Shown here: positions 29,353 to 41,006 of the stretch, piece by piece
How positions within the stretch are numbered: the first letter of the stretch is position 1
Layout of the letters: each line of letters begins with the position of its first letter
NCBI GenBank assembly: GCA_963726245.1
Contig: CAVSBT010000027.1
Span: forward strand, 58,266-122,265
Source of the DNA: an uncultured Chloroflexia bacterium
GTDB lineage: Bacteria > Chloroflexota > Dehalococcoidia > DSTF01 > JALHUB01
Length of the DNA stretch: 64,000 nucleotides
Direction: 5' to 3'
Translations under genes and position numbers: made by a program
Notes under the pieces: model-generated
What the model was told of the DNA's origin: nothing
What the model saw: only the letters and a program-made list of their open reading frames with translations
Database searches by the model: none

Positions 29353-29467
29353 TGGAACAATGGAACAAAAGAACAGTGGAACAAATGGAACCGTACAACC
29401 TTTGAACCCTGGAACCGAATCTGTCACGGCTCCAGGGTTCAAAAGTTCGAGGGGTTCTAAGGTTCAG
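29353..29467. repeat. Short GGAAC/GTTC repeat array arranged as a long imperfect palindrome
   Basis: TGGAACAA-type units on the left, 13-bp perfect IR 29401-29413/29431-29443, GTTC units on the right. Confidence 0.7.
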
Positions 29468-29473
29468 AGGCGG

Positions 29474-30004
29474 TCAGGCGGGGAAGCCTTTCTCTCCCTG
29501 GAGGCCCTTCAGACAGGAGATCTCGCCGCTGTGGTCGCGGATGTGCGCCGCCGCGATGCTGCCCAGGAAGTTGGCTACGCTCTCCTGGCCCATGCCAAAG
29601 GCCGAAAGGTCAACGGTGCGATTGAGGGCCTCCGGCGGGAGCGTGGCCAGACACTTGTCCGAGGCGGCGTACACGGCCTGGGCGTACTGCTGCAGCGCCG
29701 GCAGGTCGATTCGCACCCGTCGCGCCCACGCGTCCCAGGGCTGGGCGTCCGAAGGCGAAGGAGGCATCTCGCTCAAGCCTGTCTTGCCGGCCCACGTGGT
29801 CGCAAACAGAGGGGCGCCGCCGTTGACCATGCCGTTTACCATGGCGTCCTCGCTGAGGATGATGTGGGCGTAGGTGGCGCCCAGCGGGTTGGCCTTGCCC
29901 GGCGGGGACCACTGCGCTTGCTGCGGGGTGACGCCCTTCATGGTTCCTTCCAACCACCCATGAGCGTCCTGAAACTGCTTCCGAAGGAGAGATGTCGCGT
30001 CCAT
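29474..30004 (-). CDS. DinB superfamily protein
   Basis: LEGTMKGVTPQQAQW.P, YAHIILSED, HIRDHSGEI. Confidence 0.8.
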   Translation of the reverse strand: MDATSLLRKQFQDAHGWLEGTMKGVTPQQAQWSPPGKANPLGATYAHIILSEDAMVNGMVNGGAPLFATTWAGKTGLSEMPPSPSDAQPWDAWARRVRIDLPALQQYAQAVYAASDKCLATLPPEALNRTVDLSAFGMGQESVANFLGSIAAAHIRDHSGEISCLKGLQGEKGFPA

Positions 30005-30124
30005 GTTTGAGCCTCCTGCTCCGCTATTTGATTTAGCCAATGATTTAAATAGATTATAGCAGATGATGAGGGCCGGGGGTCAATATGGGCTTCTTTCTAG
30101 GCGAGGTATGTTGCGAGGGTTTTC

Positions 30125-32621
30125 TCAGTGCGGCTCGTCCACGACACGCGACCAGAGGCGCGCCGCCTCGGCGGCCAGGAGGGCGTGTTCGGCGTCGCTG
30201 AGGTCGGGGTCGGCGTCCAGGAGGGCGCCGGCCTCCTCGCGCGCCTCCTCGATGAGCTGGACGTCGGAGAGGCGGGCGACCTTCAGGTCGGGCATGCCGC
30301 TCTGGCGGGTGCCGAAGAACTCGCCTGGGCCGCGCAGGCGGAGGTCGGCCTCGGCCAGGGCGAAGCCGTCGTGGGTCTGCTCCATGAGCTTCAGGCGCTC
30401 CTGGGCTTCCTCGCTGGGGTCGTCGCTGAGCAGCAGGCAGTAGCTCTGATCGGCGCCCCGGCCGACGCGGCCGCGGAACTGGTGGAGCTGCGCCAGCCCA
30501 AAGCGGTCCGCCCCTTCCACCATCATCACGGTGGCGTTGGGCACGTCGATACCTACCTCGATGACGGCGGTGGACACCAGGATATCCAACTCCCGGTCGC
30601 GGAAGGCGCGCATGACGCGCTCCTTCTCGGCGGCGCGCAGGCGGCCGTGCAGGAGGCCAAGGCGCAGGTTGGGGAAGACCTCGTGGGAGAGGCGCTCGTA
30701 CTCCTGCGTGGCGGCGCGCACGGCCAGGACCTCGGACTCCTCGATCAGCGGGCAGATGACGAATGCCTGCCGCCCCTGGCCGGCCTGCTCCCGGACGAAT
30801 CGATAGGCGTCGTCCCTCTCCTGGGGCATGGTCCAGAGGGTCTTCACCGGCTTGCGGCCCGGCGGCATCTCGTCGATGACCGAGATGTCCAGGTCGCCGT
30901 AGAGCGTGAGGGCCAGCGTGCGGGGGATGGGCGTGGCCGTCATCACCAGCAGGTGAGGGCTGGGCCCCTTGCCGCGCAGGGCGGCCCGCTGCATGACGCC
31001 GAATCGGTGCTGCTCGTCGACGATGGCCAGCCCCAGACGCTCGAAGCCTACCTCCTCCTGGATGAGGGCGTGGGTGCCGACAGCCACGTCCACGACGCCC
31101 TCAGCGACCTGGCGCTGGACGGCGGCCTTCTCCTTCGACGGCAGACTTCCCGTGAGGAGGGCGATGCGCAGCGGCTTCTCGAGGTAGGGAGGCGAGAGAA
31201 CGCCCGCCCAGCCCATCTCCTGGCCTGCCGCCAGCAGGTCGCAGAGGGTGCGATAGTGCTGCTCGGCAAGGATCTCGGTGGGGGCCATGAGGACGCCCTG
31301 ACGGCCGCTGGCCACGGCGGCCACGAGGGCGGCGGCCGCCACCACCGTCTTGCCGCTGCCGACGTCGCCCTGGAGGAGGCGGCTCATGGGCCGCTCCTGC
31401 GCCAGGTCCTCCAGCATGCCCGCCATGGCCCGCTGCTGGGCGCCCGTGAGCTGGAACGGGAGCGACTCCAGGAAGCCGCGTCGCGCCGGCTCAGGCAGCG
31501 CCAGGGGCTGCGCGCGGCCTCCCTCCTGCCAGAGGCGGCGCCTGCGCAGGACGCCGACCTGGATGACCAGCAGCTCGTCGAAGGCGAGGCGGCGCCGCGC
31601 CTCGTCCAGCTCCTTCCAGCCGTCGGGATAGTGCATCTGGCGTACGGCCTGCTGGAGGCGCCAGAGATGACGGCGACGGCGCAGCCCCTCCGGCAGCGGG
31701 TCGGGCAGCGCCTCCAGGTAGGTGTCGAGGGCGTCCCGCACGGTGCGACGGGCGGTGCGCGCCGGCAGCCCCGAGGTCAGCGGATATACAGGCACGAGCC
31801 GGCCGGTGTGTACCAGGTCCTCCGACTCCAGCAGCTCCCACTCCGGCGACTCGAGGGTCTTCTGGCCCTTGTAGAGGTTGACCCGGCCCGAGAGCACCAG
31901 GGGGGCGTTAGTGCGAAGCTGGCGGGCCAGATAGGGCTGGTTGAACCAGACGACCCGCATCATGCCCGTCTCGTCGGCCACCCAGGCCTCGGTGCCGCGC
32001 AGGCGCCGCCCGATGCGGGTGTCCTCGGCGCTCCAGACGGTGACGATGACTGTCTGCTCCTGCCCGACAACGAGCTCTGCGATCTTGCGGATGTGAGCGA
32101 AGTCGTTGTGGCGACGGGGAAAGAAGTACAGGGCATCGCGTACGGTGTCCACTCCCAGGCGGGCGAACTTGGCCGCCAGCGCCTGGCGCACGCCTCGGAG
32201 GACGGTGATGGGCGCATCCAGGGCTGTTTCGCCCGGGGGACGCTTCGTGGGAGAAGCCGGCTTGTCGCTGGGCAGGGCCCCTGCCGCGACGGCGGCGGCC
32301 GGCGGCTTTGCAGGGCGGCGGCGAGACTGGGCCGGGCCGGCCTGCGGCCGCACGCGGGCCCGTCGGGGCGGCCGCGTCGCCGGAGACAGCGCCCAGCGCG
32401 CCCTCGAGCCAGCGACGGCGGCGGGCCGGGTCGAGGGAGGCGTAGCCGCGCGAGGGGAGGGCGGCGATGGAGCGCAGGAGAGGGCTCTTGGGGTCCAGCG
32501 AGTGGTTCTCGACCAGCCGCTTCAGGTAGCGGTCGAGTCCGCCGAGGACGGCACGGTCGCCGAGGCCCTTGGCCTTCTCCAGCAGGAGGACTTTGCGAAC
32601 CTGCTCCTCAACTGGGCTCAA
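30125..32621 (-). CDS. recG: ATP-dependent DNA helicase RecG (frameshift near 32350)
   Basis: RLLQGDVGSGKT, MAPTEILAEQH, DEQHRFG, MTATPIPRT, QLHQFRGRVGRG. Confidence 0.95.
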
Positions 32622-32639
32622 TCCTTCCCCCTGCGGGCC

Positions 32640-33485
32640 CTACGCCTTCTCGGCCTCGACGACTACCATGCCGATGATGCCGGGCCCGCCGTGGACCCCA
32701 AGGGCGGGGCCGAGCCGGCCGACGTGAACCGGCACGTCAGGCAGGCGTTCGCGGACGCGCTGCGCCAGCACCTCGGCGTCGTCGGGCGTGGTGCCGTGCA
32801 TGACCGCCACCTGTTCGAGGTCGCCGCAGGCCATGCAGTCGCGGAAGATGCGGTCCAGGGCGCGGGCGCGGGTGCGGACGCGCGCCACCGGATGTATCAC
32901 GCCGTCGCGGATGGTGAGGAGCGGCTTCAGGTTCAAGACGCTGCCCAGGAAGGCCTGCGCCCGCCCGATGCGGCCTCCCCGGCGCAGGTACTCCAGCGTT
33001 TCCAGCAGCGCCAGTATGTGCACCCGCCGGCCCACGGAACGGGCGATGGCGGCCACCTCGTCCAGTCGGGCGCCCTCGCGGGCGGCGCGCGCCGCCGCTG
33101 TGACCTGGAAGCCCATCCCCATTGAGGCCGACTCCGAGTCGACGACCTGGATTCTGGTCTTGGCCTCCACCAACTTGCTGGCCTGGAGCGCCGATTCGTA
33201 GGTGCCGGAGGCGCGGGCGGTGATGTGGATCGAGACAATCTCGTCGGTCTGAGCCGCCAGCTTTCGATATGCCTCCAGGAATGCGCCCACCGGAGGCTGC
33301 GAGGTGATGGGCAGGGCGGTACTGGTGGCCAGCCGCTCGTAGAACTGCTCGCTGCTCAGGTCGATGCCGTCGCGGTAGGCCTCGTCGCCGAAGAGGACGA
33401 GCAAGGGGACCACCGTGATCCCCAGCTCTTGGACCACCTCCGGCGGCAGGTCCGCCGTACTGTCGGTCGCGACGCATACCGTCAC
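32640..33485 (-). CDS. DegV family fatty acid-binding protein
   Basis: TDSTADL, TSQP, SGTYESA, LEYLRRGGRIG, HGGPG. Confidence 0.93.
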   Translation of the reverse strand: MTVCVATDSTADLPPEVVQELGITVVPLLVLFGDEAYRDGIDLSSEQFYERLATSTALPITSQPPVGAFLEAYRKLAAQTDEIVSIHITARASGTYESALQASKLVEAKTRIQVVDSESASMGMGFQVTAAARAAREGARLDEVAAIARSVGRRVHILALLETLEYLRRGGRIGRAQAFLGSVLNLKPLLTIRDGVIHPVARVRTRARALDRIFRDCMACGDLEQVAVMHGTTPDDAEVLAQRVRERLPDVPVHVGRLGPALGVHGGPGIIGMVVVEAEKA

Positions 33486-33524
33486 GGCGCCGTCCTTCTC
33501 CGCTCGTCCACCGGCCGCCGGTCC

Positions 33525-35240
33525 CTACTCGACGGAGACGATGTAGTGGTAGTGGGGCTGGCCGCCGGCCACCAGCTCAATCTCCAGGGATGGGTATTCG
33601 TGAGCGAGGTCGTCGGCCAGGGCCTGGGCCTCCTCGCGGCTGGTGTCGGCGCCGTAGTAGAGGGTAATGAGGCCGCTGTCGGGTGCCACCATGTGACCCA
33701 GGGAAGAGCGCACCGCGCTGCGCAGCGAGTCCTCCGCCACCCTGAGCTGCCCGTCGATGAGGGCGACAGCCTGGCCAGCCCGGATGCGCAGGCCGCCCAG
33801 AAGAGTGGGGCGCACGGCACGGGTAACCTCGGCGGTGCGTATGGTCTGACGCGCCTCTTCCAGTGAGGCTGCGTTCTCTTCCAAGTCTGCCTCAGGGTTC
33901 AGGGCGAGGAGGGCGGCCACTCCCTGCGGCACGGAGATAGTGGGTACCACCTTCACCGTCTTCGTCGAGTGCTCGGCCGCCTGTTGCGCCGCCATCACCA
34001 CGTTCCTGTTGTTGGGCAGGATGATGACCTCCGACGAAGGGCAGGCCTCGACGGCGGCCAGGATCTCCTCGATGCTTGGGTTCATGGTCTGGCCGCCCCG
34101 CACGACGGCGGTGACGCCGAGGCTACGCAGCACTTGCTCCAGGCCCAGGCCCGCCACCACAGCGACGGTGCTGACGCGGGCGGCAAGCGCGTCTCCTTCC
34201 GGACGGGGCCGCGTCACGAACTCCTCCGCCTGGGCCTGGATGTTGTCCATTTTGACGGTGGTCACAGACCCCAGGCCGGTGCCGTAACTGATCGCTGCTC
34301 CGGGGTCGTGAGTGTGAACGTGCACGCGCAGGAGAGACTCATCGCCCACGACGAGGACCGAGTCGCCCAGAGTGAGCATCTTCTCCAGCACGGTTCTCGT
34401 GTCCAGCTTCTCGCCGCTCACCAGGAACTCGGTGCAGTAGCCGTAGGGCGACTGTTCGTCCTCATGCAGAGTGGCGGTGGCGGCGAGCCAGCTAGCGTCG
34501 GGGTCGCGGGCAGCCAGGGCGACGGGTGGCCCGGTGTCGCCGCGGACGTAGCGCAGAGCGCCCTCCAGCATGATGTAGAGCCCCTGGCCGCCGGCGTCCA
34601 CCACGCCGGCCTCCCGCAGGACGGGCAGAAGGGATGGGGTCTTGCTGACAGCCTCCTTTGCTGCCTCGGCGGCGCTGGCGAGGACGCTCTTGAGGCTGGA
34701 ACCAACCCGGCGTGCCTTGCGCTTGGCGGCGGCGGCGCCTTCCCGCATGACCGTGAGGATAGTGCCCTCCACGGGCTGACTGACCGCTTTGTAGGCCTTC
34801 TGGGAGGCCGCATCCAGGGCCTCGGCGAAGTCGGAGCCTGTGAAGCTCTCCTTCTCCGAGAGGCGGTCGGCCATGCCGCTCAGGATCTGGGAGAGGATGA
34901 CGCCGGAGTTGCCGCGGGCGCCCATGAGAGCGCCCCGGGCCATGGCCTGGGCGACGGCGCCGGCGTCGTCACTCTTGGTCTGAAAGGCCTCCTCCAGGGT
35001 GGCGCGCATGGTGAGATACATGTTGGTGCCGGTATCGCCGTCGGGGACGGGGTAGACGTTGATAGAGTTGATGGCCTCGGTGTTGCGTTCCAGCCAGGAA
35101 GTGGCAGCAGCGAACATCTCGCGCAGGTCGCGGCCGGTGTGGTTGCCGTTGGTGGCGCCGGTGGAGGAGGAAGAGCCATCCTTTGCGGCGGCTCGCGCGC
35201 TCCGGGCGGGGGACTGACGTCGGTTGGCGCTGGCGCCCAT
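33525..35240 (-). CDS. DAK2 domain fatty acid kinase subunit (FakA/YloV-like)
   Basis: INVYPVPDGDTGTNM, GARGNSGVILSQ, VDAGGQG, YGYCTEF, GGQTMNPS, GGQPHY. Confidence 0.93.
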   Translation of the reverse strand: MGASANRRQSPARSARAAAKDGSSSSTGATNGNHTGRDLREMFAAATSWLERNTEAINSINVYPVPDGDTGTNMYLTMRATLEEAFQTKSDDAGAVAQAMARGALMGARGNSGVILSQILSGMADRLSEKESFTGSDFAEALDAASQKAYKAVSQPVEGTILTVMREGAAAAKRKARRVGSSLKSVLASAAEAAKEAVSKTPSLLPVLREAGVVDAGGQGLYIMLEGALRYVRGDTGPPVALAARDPDASWLAATATLHEDEQSPYGYCTEFLVSGEKLDTRTVLEKMLTLGDSVLVVGDESLLRVHVHTHDPGAAISYGTGLGSVTTVKMDNIQAQAEEFVTRPRPEGDALAARVSTVAVVAGLGLEQVLRSLGVTAVVRGGQTMNPSIEEILAAVEACPSSEVIILPNNRNVVMAAQQAAEHSTKTVKVVPTISVPQGVAALLALNPEADLEENAASLEEARQTIRTAEVTRAVRPTLLGGLRIRAGQAVALIDGQLRVAEDSLRSAVRSSLGHMVAPDSGLITLYYGADTSREEAQALADDLAHEYPSLEIELVAGGQPHYHYIVSVE

Positions 35241-35331
35241 GCTCTATCCGGTTGCTCTACTCGTTAGGGCCGTGTTACGATTGCAGTCGATTCTAGCAAG
35301 AAGCGGAGATCGGCGTAAAGGGCAGGTTCGA

Positions 35332-35544
35332 GTGGCTACTCAGTGTGACGTCTGCGGCAGGGGCACGGTGCACGGTCGCAACATCCGGCACCGGCACGCC
35401 GGGCGTTGGGAGCGCAAGGCGCCCCGCACCAACCGCATCTTTCGCGCCAACGTCCACAAGCGCGTCGTCTACGTGGACGGCAAACCCCGCCGGTTGGCCA
35501 TCTGCACGCGCTGCCTCAGAAGCCAGCTCAAGACCGCCGTCTAA
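35332..35544 (+). CDS. rpmB: 50S ribosomal protein L28 (two CxxC motifs)
   Basis: CDVCGRG..HGRNI...[10 protein letters not shown]...ICTRCLR; divergent from the DAK2 gene. Confidence 0.93.
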   Translation: MATQCDVCGRGTVHGRNIRHRHAGRWERKAPRTNRIFRANVHKRVVYVDGKPRRLAICTRCLRSQLKTAV

Positions 35545-35567
35545 ACGACGATAGCGAACGGACCGAT

Positions 35568-35597
35568 CGGGTGGCCGCCCTCGAAACGGGGCGGCCA
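35568..35597 (+). terminator. Hairpin downstream of rpmB
   Basis: TGGCCGCCC-loop-GGGCGGCCA followed by ATTT. Confidence 0.5.
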
Positions 35598-35630
35598 ATT
35601 TGCGTCCACGCATCGTCGCAGATGCAGAGT

Positions 35631-35657
35631 TGAGGGCGGTTCGCGAACCGCCCCTAC
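35631..35657. repeat. GTAG-type REP palindrome overlapping the rpe stop codon
   Basis: GGGCGGTTCGCGAACCGCCCCTAC; near-identical to 60763-60790. Confidence 0.75.
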
Positions 35658-36338
35658 ACCGCCAGGCCGGCTTTGACCAGGCTCTGGCGCAGGGCCTGCA
35701 TGTTCTCCGCCACCGAGGCGCGGTCGTTGAACACGGCCGAGCCGGCCACCAGCACGCGCGCTCCCGCCTCCACGCAGCGGGGCGCCGTCGCCACGCTCAC
35801 CCCGCCGTCGACCTCCAGGTCTGCGGCCAGGCCCCGCTCGTCGAGCGTGGCGCGAAGCCGCCGCATCTTGTCGAGGGTGCTGGGAATGAACGCCTGGCCT
35901 CCCCAGCCGGGGTTGACCCCCATCACCATCACCTGATTCGACGTCGCCCAGCACCTCATCGACGGCCGAGGGCGGCGTCGCCGGGTTCAGGCAGACGCCG
36001 GGCCGGCAGCCCAGGTCGCGGATCTGCTGTATCACGCGGTGCAGGTGGGGGCAGACCTCGACGTGGACGCTGATGATCGACGCGCCGGCCTCGGCGAAGG
36101 CCTCCAGGTGGCGCTCCGGCTGCTCGATCATCAGGTGCACGTCCAGGGGAAGGCTGGTCAGGCGGCGGACGGCGGCCACCACCAGCGGCCCGAAGGTGAT
36201 GGGGGGCACGAAGCGGCCGTCCATCACGTCCATGTGCAGGTAGTCGGCGCCGGCGGCCTCGGCGGCCCGCACCTCCTCGCCCAAACGCGAGAAGTCCGCC
36301 GTGAGGAACGAGGGAGCGATCTTGATGAGATTAGGCAC
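35654..36338 (-). CDS. rpe: Ribulose-phosphate 3-epimerase (frameshift near 35935)
   Basis: [55 protein letters not shown]. Confidence 0.93.
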
Positions 36339-37777
36339 GTTTGCTTTCGCCCTCCAGCCTGCGGCGCGCCCGCCGTAGCGCCGCCCGCACCTGCCGGGGC
36401 GCCGTGCCGCCGGGGATGTCGCGGGCGGCGAGCGCGGCCCGCACGTCCAGCTTCAGCACGTCGGCCTCGAACCGGTTCGAGAAGCGGCGGTACTCGGCCA
36501 GCGACAGCTCCGAGAAGGCCTTGCCCCGGCCCTCCGCATATCTTACCAGCTTGCCGACGGCGGCGTGAGCCTGCCGGAAGGGGACGCCCTTGCGGACCAG
36601 GTAGTCGGCCAGGTCGGTGGCCAGGGCGTAGCCCGCCGCGGCCGCCGCCATCGCCCGCTCGCCGTCGAAGCGGAGGGCGGGCAGCATGCGGGCGAAGACG
36701 TCCAGCGTGGAGAGCAGGGTGTCCTCGGTCTCGAAGAAGGCCTGCTTGTCCTCCTGGAGGTCGCGGTTGTAGGCCAGGGGCAGGCCCTTGAGCATCGTCA
36801 GCACGCTCAGCAGGTGGCCGTAGACGCGCCCCGTGCGGCCGCGGCGCCAGCTCCGCCACGTCCGGGTTCTTCTTCTGGGGCATGATGCTGGAGCCGGTGG
36901 CGAAGGCGTCTGGCAGGGTCACGAAGCCGAACTCGGCGCTGGACCAGAGGACGATCTCCTCGGCCAGACGCGACAGGTGCATCATGCAGGTGGCGGCGGC
37001 GGCCAGGAACTCGACCACGAAGTCGCGGTCGGAGACGGCGTCGACGCTGTTCTCGCTGACGCGGGCGAAGCCCAGCTCGCGCGCGACGGCGGCGCGGTCG
37101 ATGGGGTAGGGCACGCCGGCCAGGGCGCCGCTGCCCAGGGGGAGGACGTCGGTGCGCACGAGGCAGCCGGCGAAGCGGGCGGCGTCGCGGTCGAGCATCT
37201 CGAAGTAGGCGAGCAGGTGGTGGGCCAGCAGGAGCGGCTGGGCCCGCTGGAGGTGGGTGTAGCCGGGGATGATCACGTCGCGGTTCGCCTCCGCCAGGTC
37301 CAGCAGCGAGCCCTGGAGGCGGCGCAGCGCCGTCAGCGTGCGCCCGATGGCCTCCTTGGCGTAGAGGCGCAGGTCCGTGGCCACCTGGTCGTTGCGCGAG
37401 CGGGCGGTGTGCAGGCGGCCGGCCGCCTCGCCGACCTTCTCCGCCAGGCGCGCCTCGATGTTCATGTGCACGTCCTCCAGCTCCCGCCGCCACGGGAAGC
37501 CGCCCGCCTCGATCTCGGCGCGGATCTCCTCGAGCCCGCGCACGATGGCCTCGGCGTCATCCTGGGGGATGATGCCCTGGCGGGCGAGCATGCGGGCGTG
37601 GGCGATGGAGCCGGCGATGTCCTGCCTGTAGAGGCGGCGGTCCACGTCGATGGAAGCGGTGTAGGCCTCCACAGCTTTGTCGGTAGGCGCGTCGAAGCGC
37701 CCCGCCCACGGCTTGGCGGGCCCGCCAGACTCCGCGGGCAGGCGAGGCCGCCTTGGGGTGCGAGCTCCTCTCACCAT
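36331..37777 (-). CDS. argH: Argininosuccinate lyase (frameshift near 36840)
   Basis: [57 protein letters not shown]. Confidence 0.95.
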
Positions 37778-37789
37778 GCTCAGCCCCTC

Positions 37790-38565
37790 TCAGTTAAAGA
37801 TCGGCAGCCCCGGCAACTCGCCCATGGATTCGATAGTGAAGTCCGGGATGACGACCACCGGCCCCAGGCCGTCGGGCAGGGTCAGGGGCCTCTCCCCATC
37901 AGCCGAGGAGTGGTTGCGCTTCCAGATAGCTGTCATGCCCAGGGATTGGGCGCCGGCCACGTCGGCGCGCAGGGAGTCGCCAACCATGACGGTCTCGTCG
38001 GGCGGCACACCCAGAGCCTCCAGCGCGTGCTGAAAGATGGCGGCGTGGGGCTTCATGTAGCCCACGTCGCAGGAGATAGAGAGCACCTCGAAGTAGTGCA
38101 GCAGGCCGTGGTGGGCGAGCTCGCGGCGGAAGGGCTCGCCGCTCAGGGCGCGGTTGGTGACCGAGCCGATGCGGTATCCGCGCTCCCGGAGCCACTCCAG
38201 CGTGGGGATGACATCGGGAAAGAGGGTGCGGCCCAGGAAGACGCCGCCCAGGTTCCAGGCGTGCCAGAGGTCGACGGCCTGCTCCTCGCTGATGGCGAGC
38301 CCTTTGGCGGCGGCCGCCTCTCGGGCGATGGTCGGGAAGTGGGGGCTGATGCAGTCGCCGTTGTAGGCCTCGTCCACGGCCTGCTCGACGGCGATGCGGA
38401 TGTCGCGGCCCAGGAAGTACATCTCGCCCTCGGGGTCCACGCCCCAGGAGCGCAGGAGTTCGGCGATACGGCGCACCGTCTCGCCGCGGATGATGTCACG
38501 CGGTGGCATCTCCGGGAAGTGCCAGAGGGTGTCGCCCAGGTCGAAGAGGACGGCGCGGTGGTCAT
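37790..38565 (-). CDS. HAD-superfamily hydrolase (apparent 1-nt slip just after the ATG)
   Basis: AVLFDLGDTLW upstream of the ORF-track start, SVTN, MKPHAAIF, MVGDSLRADVAGA. Confidence 0.85.
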
Positions 38566-38976
38566 TGGTGAAGCTCCAGCGGGTCCATGCGCTTGATCTC
38601 CCTTATCTCATCGAAGGCGCGATCGGCACTGATGATGGCTTCGAGACCCTGGTTCAGGACGACGGCGGCGTGGATGGCGTCACGGGGCCCAAGCCGGGGG
38701 TAAGCCGACAAGATGTCGCGGGCCACTGCAATAATCTCCCCGCTCACCGGAAGTGGAGCGGGAAAGAGAATCAGCAAGTCGGTCCACGTAGTCCAGGCCC
38801 CGCTCGAGACGCTTTCGGTACCAATAGACGTATATAACCTCCTGGAGGACTTCCGTGTCAACGTTGGCTTCCAGGCGACCACCCTCAACGTCTGCGAGGA
38901 GACTGCGGCAGGCCTCTCTGTATGGGTGCGGCGCCCCTCTGGCATAGACGAGAACGTTAGCGTCGATCAGTCTCAA
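38562..38976 (-). CDS. VapC family PIN-domain toxin (frameshift near 38770)
   Basis: LIDANVLVYA, TEVLQE, then PRDAIHAAV, IISADRAFD. Confidence 0.88.
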
Positions 38977-39238
38977 TCTGGCGGTCTATCTCCGCAATCT
39001 CGTCGGCGGCGCCCCGTGAGATCGCTTCCTTCAGTTCCTCCCAGGAGCCGAGGTCGTCCTCCCCCGACAGTATCCACTCGAGGGCCTTCCGTCTTTCCTC
39101 TCGAGCGGGGTGCAAGACGTACTTCTCAACGGCTTCCCGCACCAGAGAGCCTACGGACCGCCTCCCGGCTTGAGCCATTCCTTCCAGCTTAAGGTACTCG
39201 GATGGCTCAAACAGCACCTCGACGCGCTTCTTCAGCAT
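38957..39238 (-). CDS. CopG/RHH antitoxin (VapB-like)
   Basis: KKRVEVLFEPSEYLKL...SVGSLVREAVE; overlaps vapC. Confidence 0.8.
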   Translation of the reverse strand: MLKKRVEVLFEPSEYLKLEGMAQAGRRSVGSLVREAVEKYVLHPAREERRKALEWILSGEDDLGSWEELKEAISRGAADEIAEIDRQIETDRR

Positions 39239-39268
39239 GATGGGCCTCTCCCAGGATTTTGCTCCCCG

Positions 39269-39290
39269 ATATCCGTATGCCTACGGATAT
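39269..39290. promoter_or_regulatory. Palindromic operator upstream of the antitoxin
   Basis: ATATCCGTA-TGCC-TACGGATAT perfect 9-bp inverted repeat next to TATCAT on the minus strand. Confidence 0.6.
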
Positions 39291-39323
39291 GATAGCCGAA
39301 CCGGGCCGAGGGGTCAAATGAGG

Positions 39324-39668
39324 TCAAACCAGCCCGCATTCCCTCAGCAGGCGGCGCTCGGCGCCGGGCTCGCGGAAGATCTGGGAGGTGAGGAGGAGCA
39401 GCGGGTCGACGCGGCCGCGCTCCTGTAGGCACTCCTCGATGAGCCGGCGGCCCGCCACCGTGAGGATGGCCTCTCGCTCCTGCTCCGTCAGCTCCTGCTT
39501 GCCCATCTCGCGGGCCAGGATGCTTTCGATCTGGGCCGTGATGCGGACCTCCACCCGCAAGGGAGCCGTCCCCTGCTCGACCACGTCGAAGCGGGCGGTG
39601 TCGCACTCTGCGCTCTCGCGGCCGCAGCCCTCGAAGCGGATGGATTGACGCGAAACGTCCTCAGCCAT
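39324..39668 (-). CDS. Hypothetical protein (114 aa) within the arg cluster
   Basis: ATG 10 nt after the argG stop, host-like codon usage, [14 protein letters not shown]...RECGLV. Confidence 0.7.
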   Translation of the reverse strand: MAEDVSRQSIRFEGCGRESAECDTARFDVVEQGTAPLRVEVRITAQIESILAREMGKQELTEQEREAILTVAGRRLIEECLQERGRVDPLLLLTSQIFREPGAERRLLRECGLV

Positions 39669-39678
39669 GGGATGCACT

Positions 39679-40921
<1,243 letters not shown>

Positions 40922-41006
40922 GGGATGCTCTCCTTGGTCCTGCTGGAACGCGAAACACTGCGTGCGATCAGTCTGTACGCGCGAGCCCGCGCGGCAGGGC
41001 GCGACC

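Noticed and set aside
30128-32677. 849-aa plus-strand ORF and other long antisense ORFs (e.g. 36833..38596, 33969..35267, 58275..59450)
   Set aside because: Shadow ORFs opposite well-supported genes, expected in high-GC DNA.
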